Source: an uncultured Chloroflexia bacterium (GTDB taxonomy: Bacteria > Chloroflexota > Dehalococcoidia > GIF9 > UBA5629). Taken from it: a stretch of 64,000 nucleotides of DNA. Every line of letters begins with the position of its first letter. Within the stretch, counting starts at the first letter, position 1. Of the stretch, positions 63,933-64,000 are shown one piece after another. The notes beneath the pieces are model-generated. The model saw only the letters and a list, made by a program, of their open reading frames with translations. It had not been told where the DNA came from and made no database searches. Position numbers and translations under genes: made by a program. Location: positions 110,201-174,200 of the forward strand of contig CAVVVB010000017.1 in the NCBI GenBank assembly GCA_963751585.1, given 5' to 3'.

Positions 63933-64000
63933 GACCGAGGTATCTGATCTTTCAGTAAGACCTGCTGCATATTCAGCAAGAGGTTGGCGATACGAAGACA

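Noticed and set aside
1-64000. CRISPR arrays, tRNA, rRNA, known riboswitches, and the many short alternative-frame ORFs in the track
   Set aside because: No spaced repeats or RNA signatures were recognised by eye, though an Rfam/tRNAscan run could still find some. The short ORFs overlap well-supported genes and lack motifs.

Overview
64 kb of a bacterial chromosome, most consistent with an anaerobic Chloroflexota (Dehalococcoidia-like) genome. That assignment is inferred from gene order and protein style and was not verified. Housekeeping blocks: rpsF-ssb-rpsR-rpmH-rnpA-yidD-(beta-propeller)-yidC-jag-ileS; ychF-ppsA-dgt-dnaG-rpoD; ffh; lysA-holB-PSP1; rplI-dnaB-dnaD-tandem dnaC-HNH; DUF177-rpmF-fabD-nusB-acp; mfd. 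They alternate with catabolic genes (acetoacetate-CoA ligase, four-subunit 2-oxoacid:ferredoxin oxidoreductase, amide hydrolases, an AMP-forming ligase), a complete cargo-carrying IS1595 element with 8-bp target duplications, an orphan SIR2-domain gene and a large redox locus (hdrCBA-mvhDGA-etfBA-membrane Fe-S oxidoreductase). Best leads: (1) a FabD-like protein that has lost both catalytic residues, next to an ACP-like protein with Pro at the phosphopantetheine-serine position, with no plsX or fabG in the cluster, suggesting a co-retained pseudo-enzyme pair; (2) two unannotated desulforedoxin-like micro-proteins directly behind an AMP-forming ligase, one with a PLPSSD tail that could be a LysW-like carrier, facing a trio of amide-bond hydrolases; (3) in-frame UGA codons with SECIS-like hairpins in hdrA and mvhD (selenoproteins). 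The many single-base frameshifts (ileS, dnaG, dnaD, sensor kinase, and densely after ~53.2 kb) look like sequencing indels. No rRNA, tRNA or CRISPR array was recognised.
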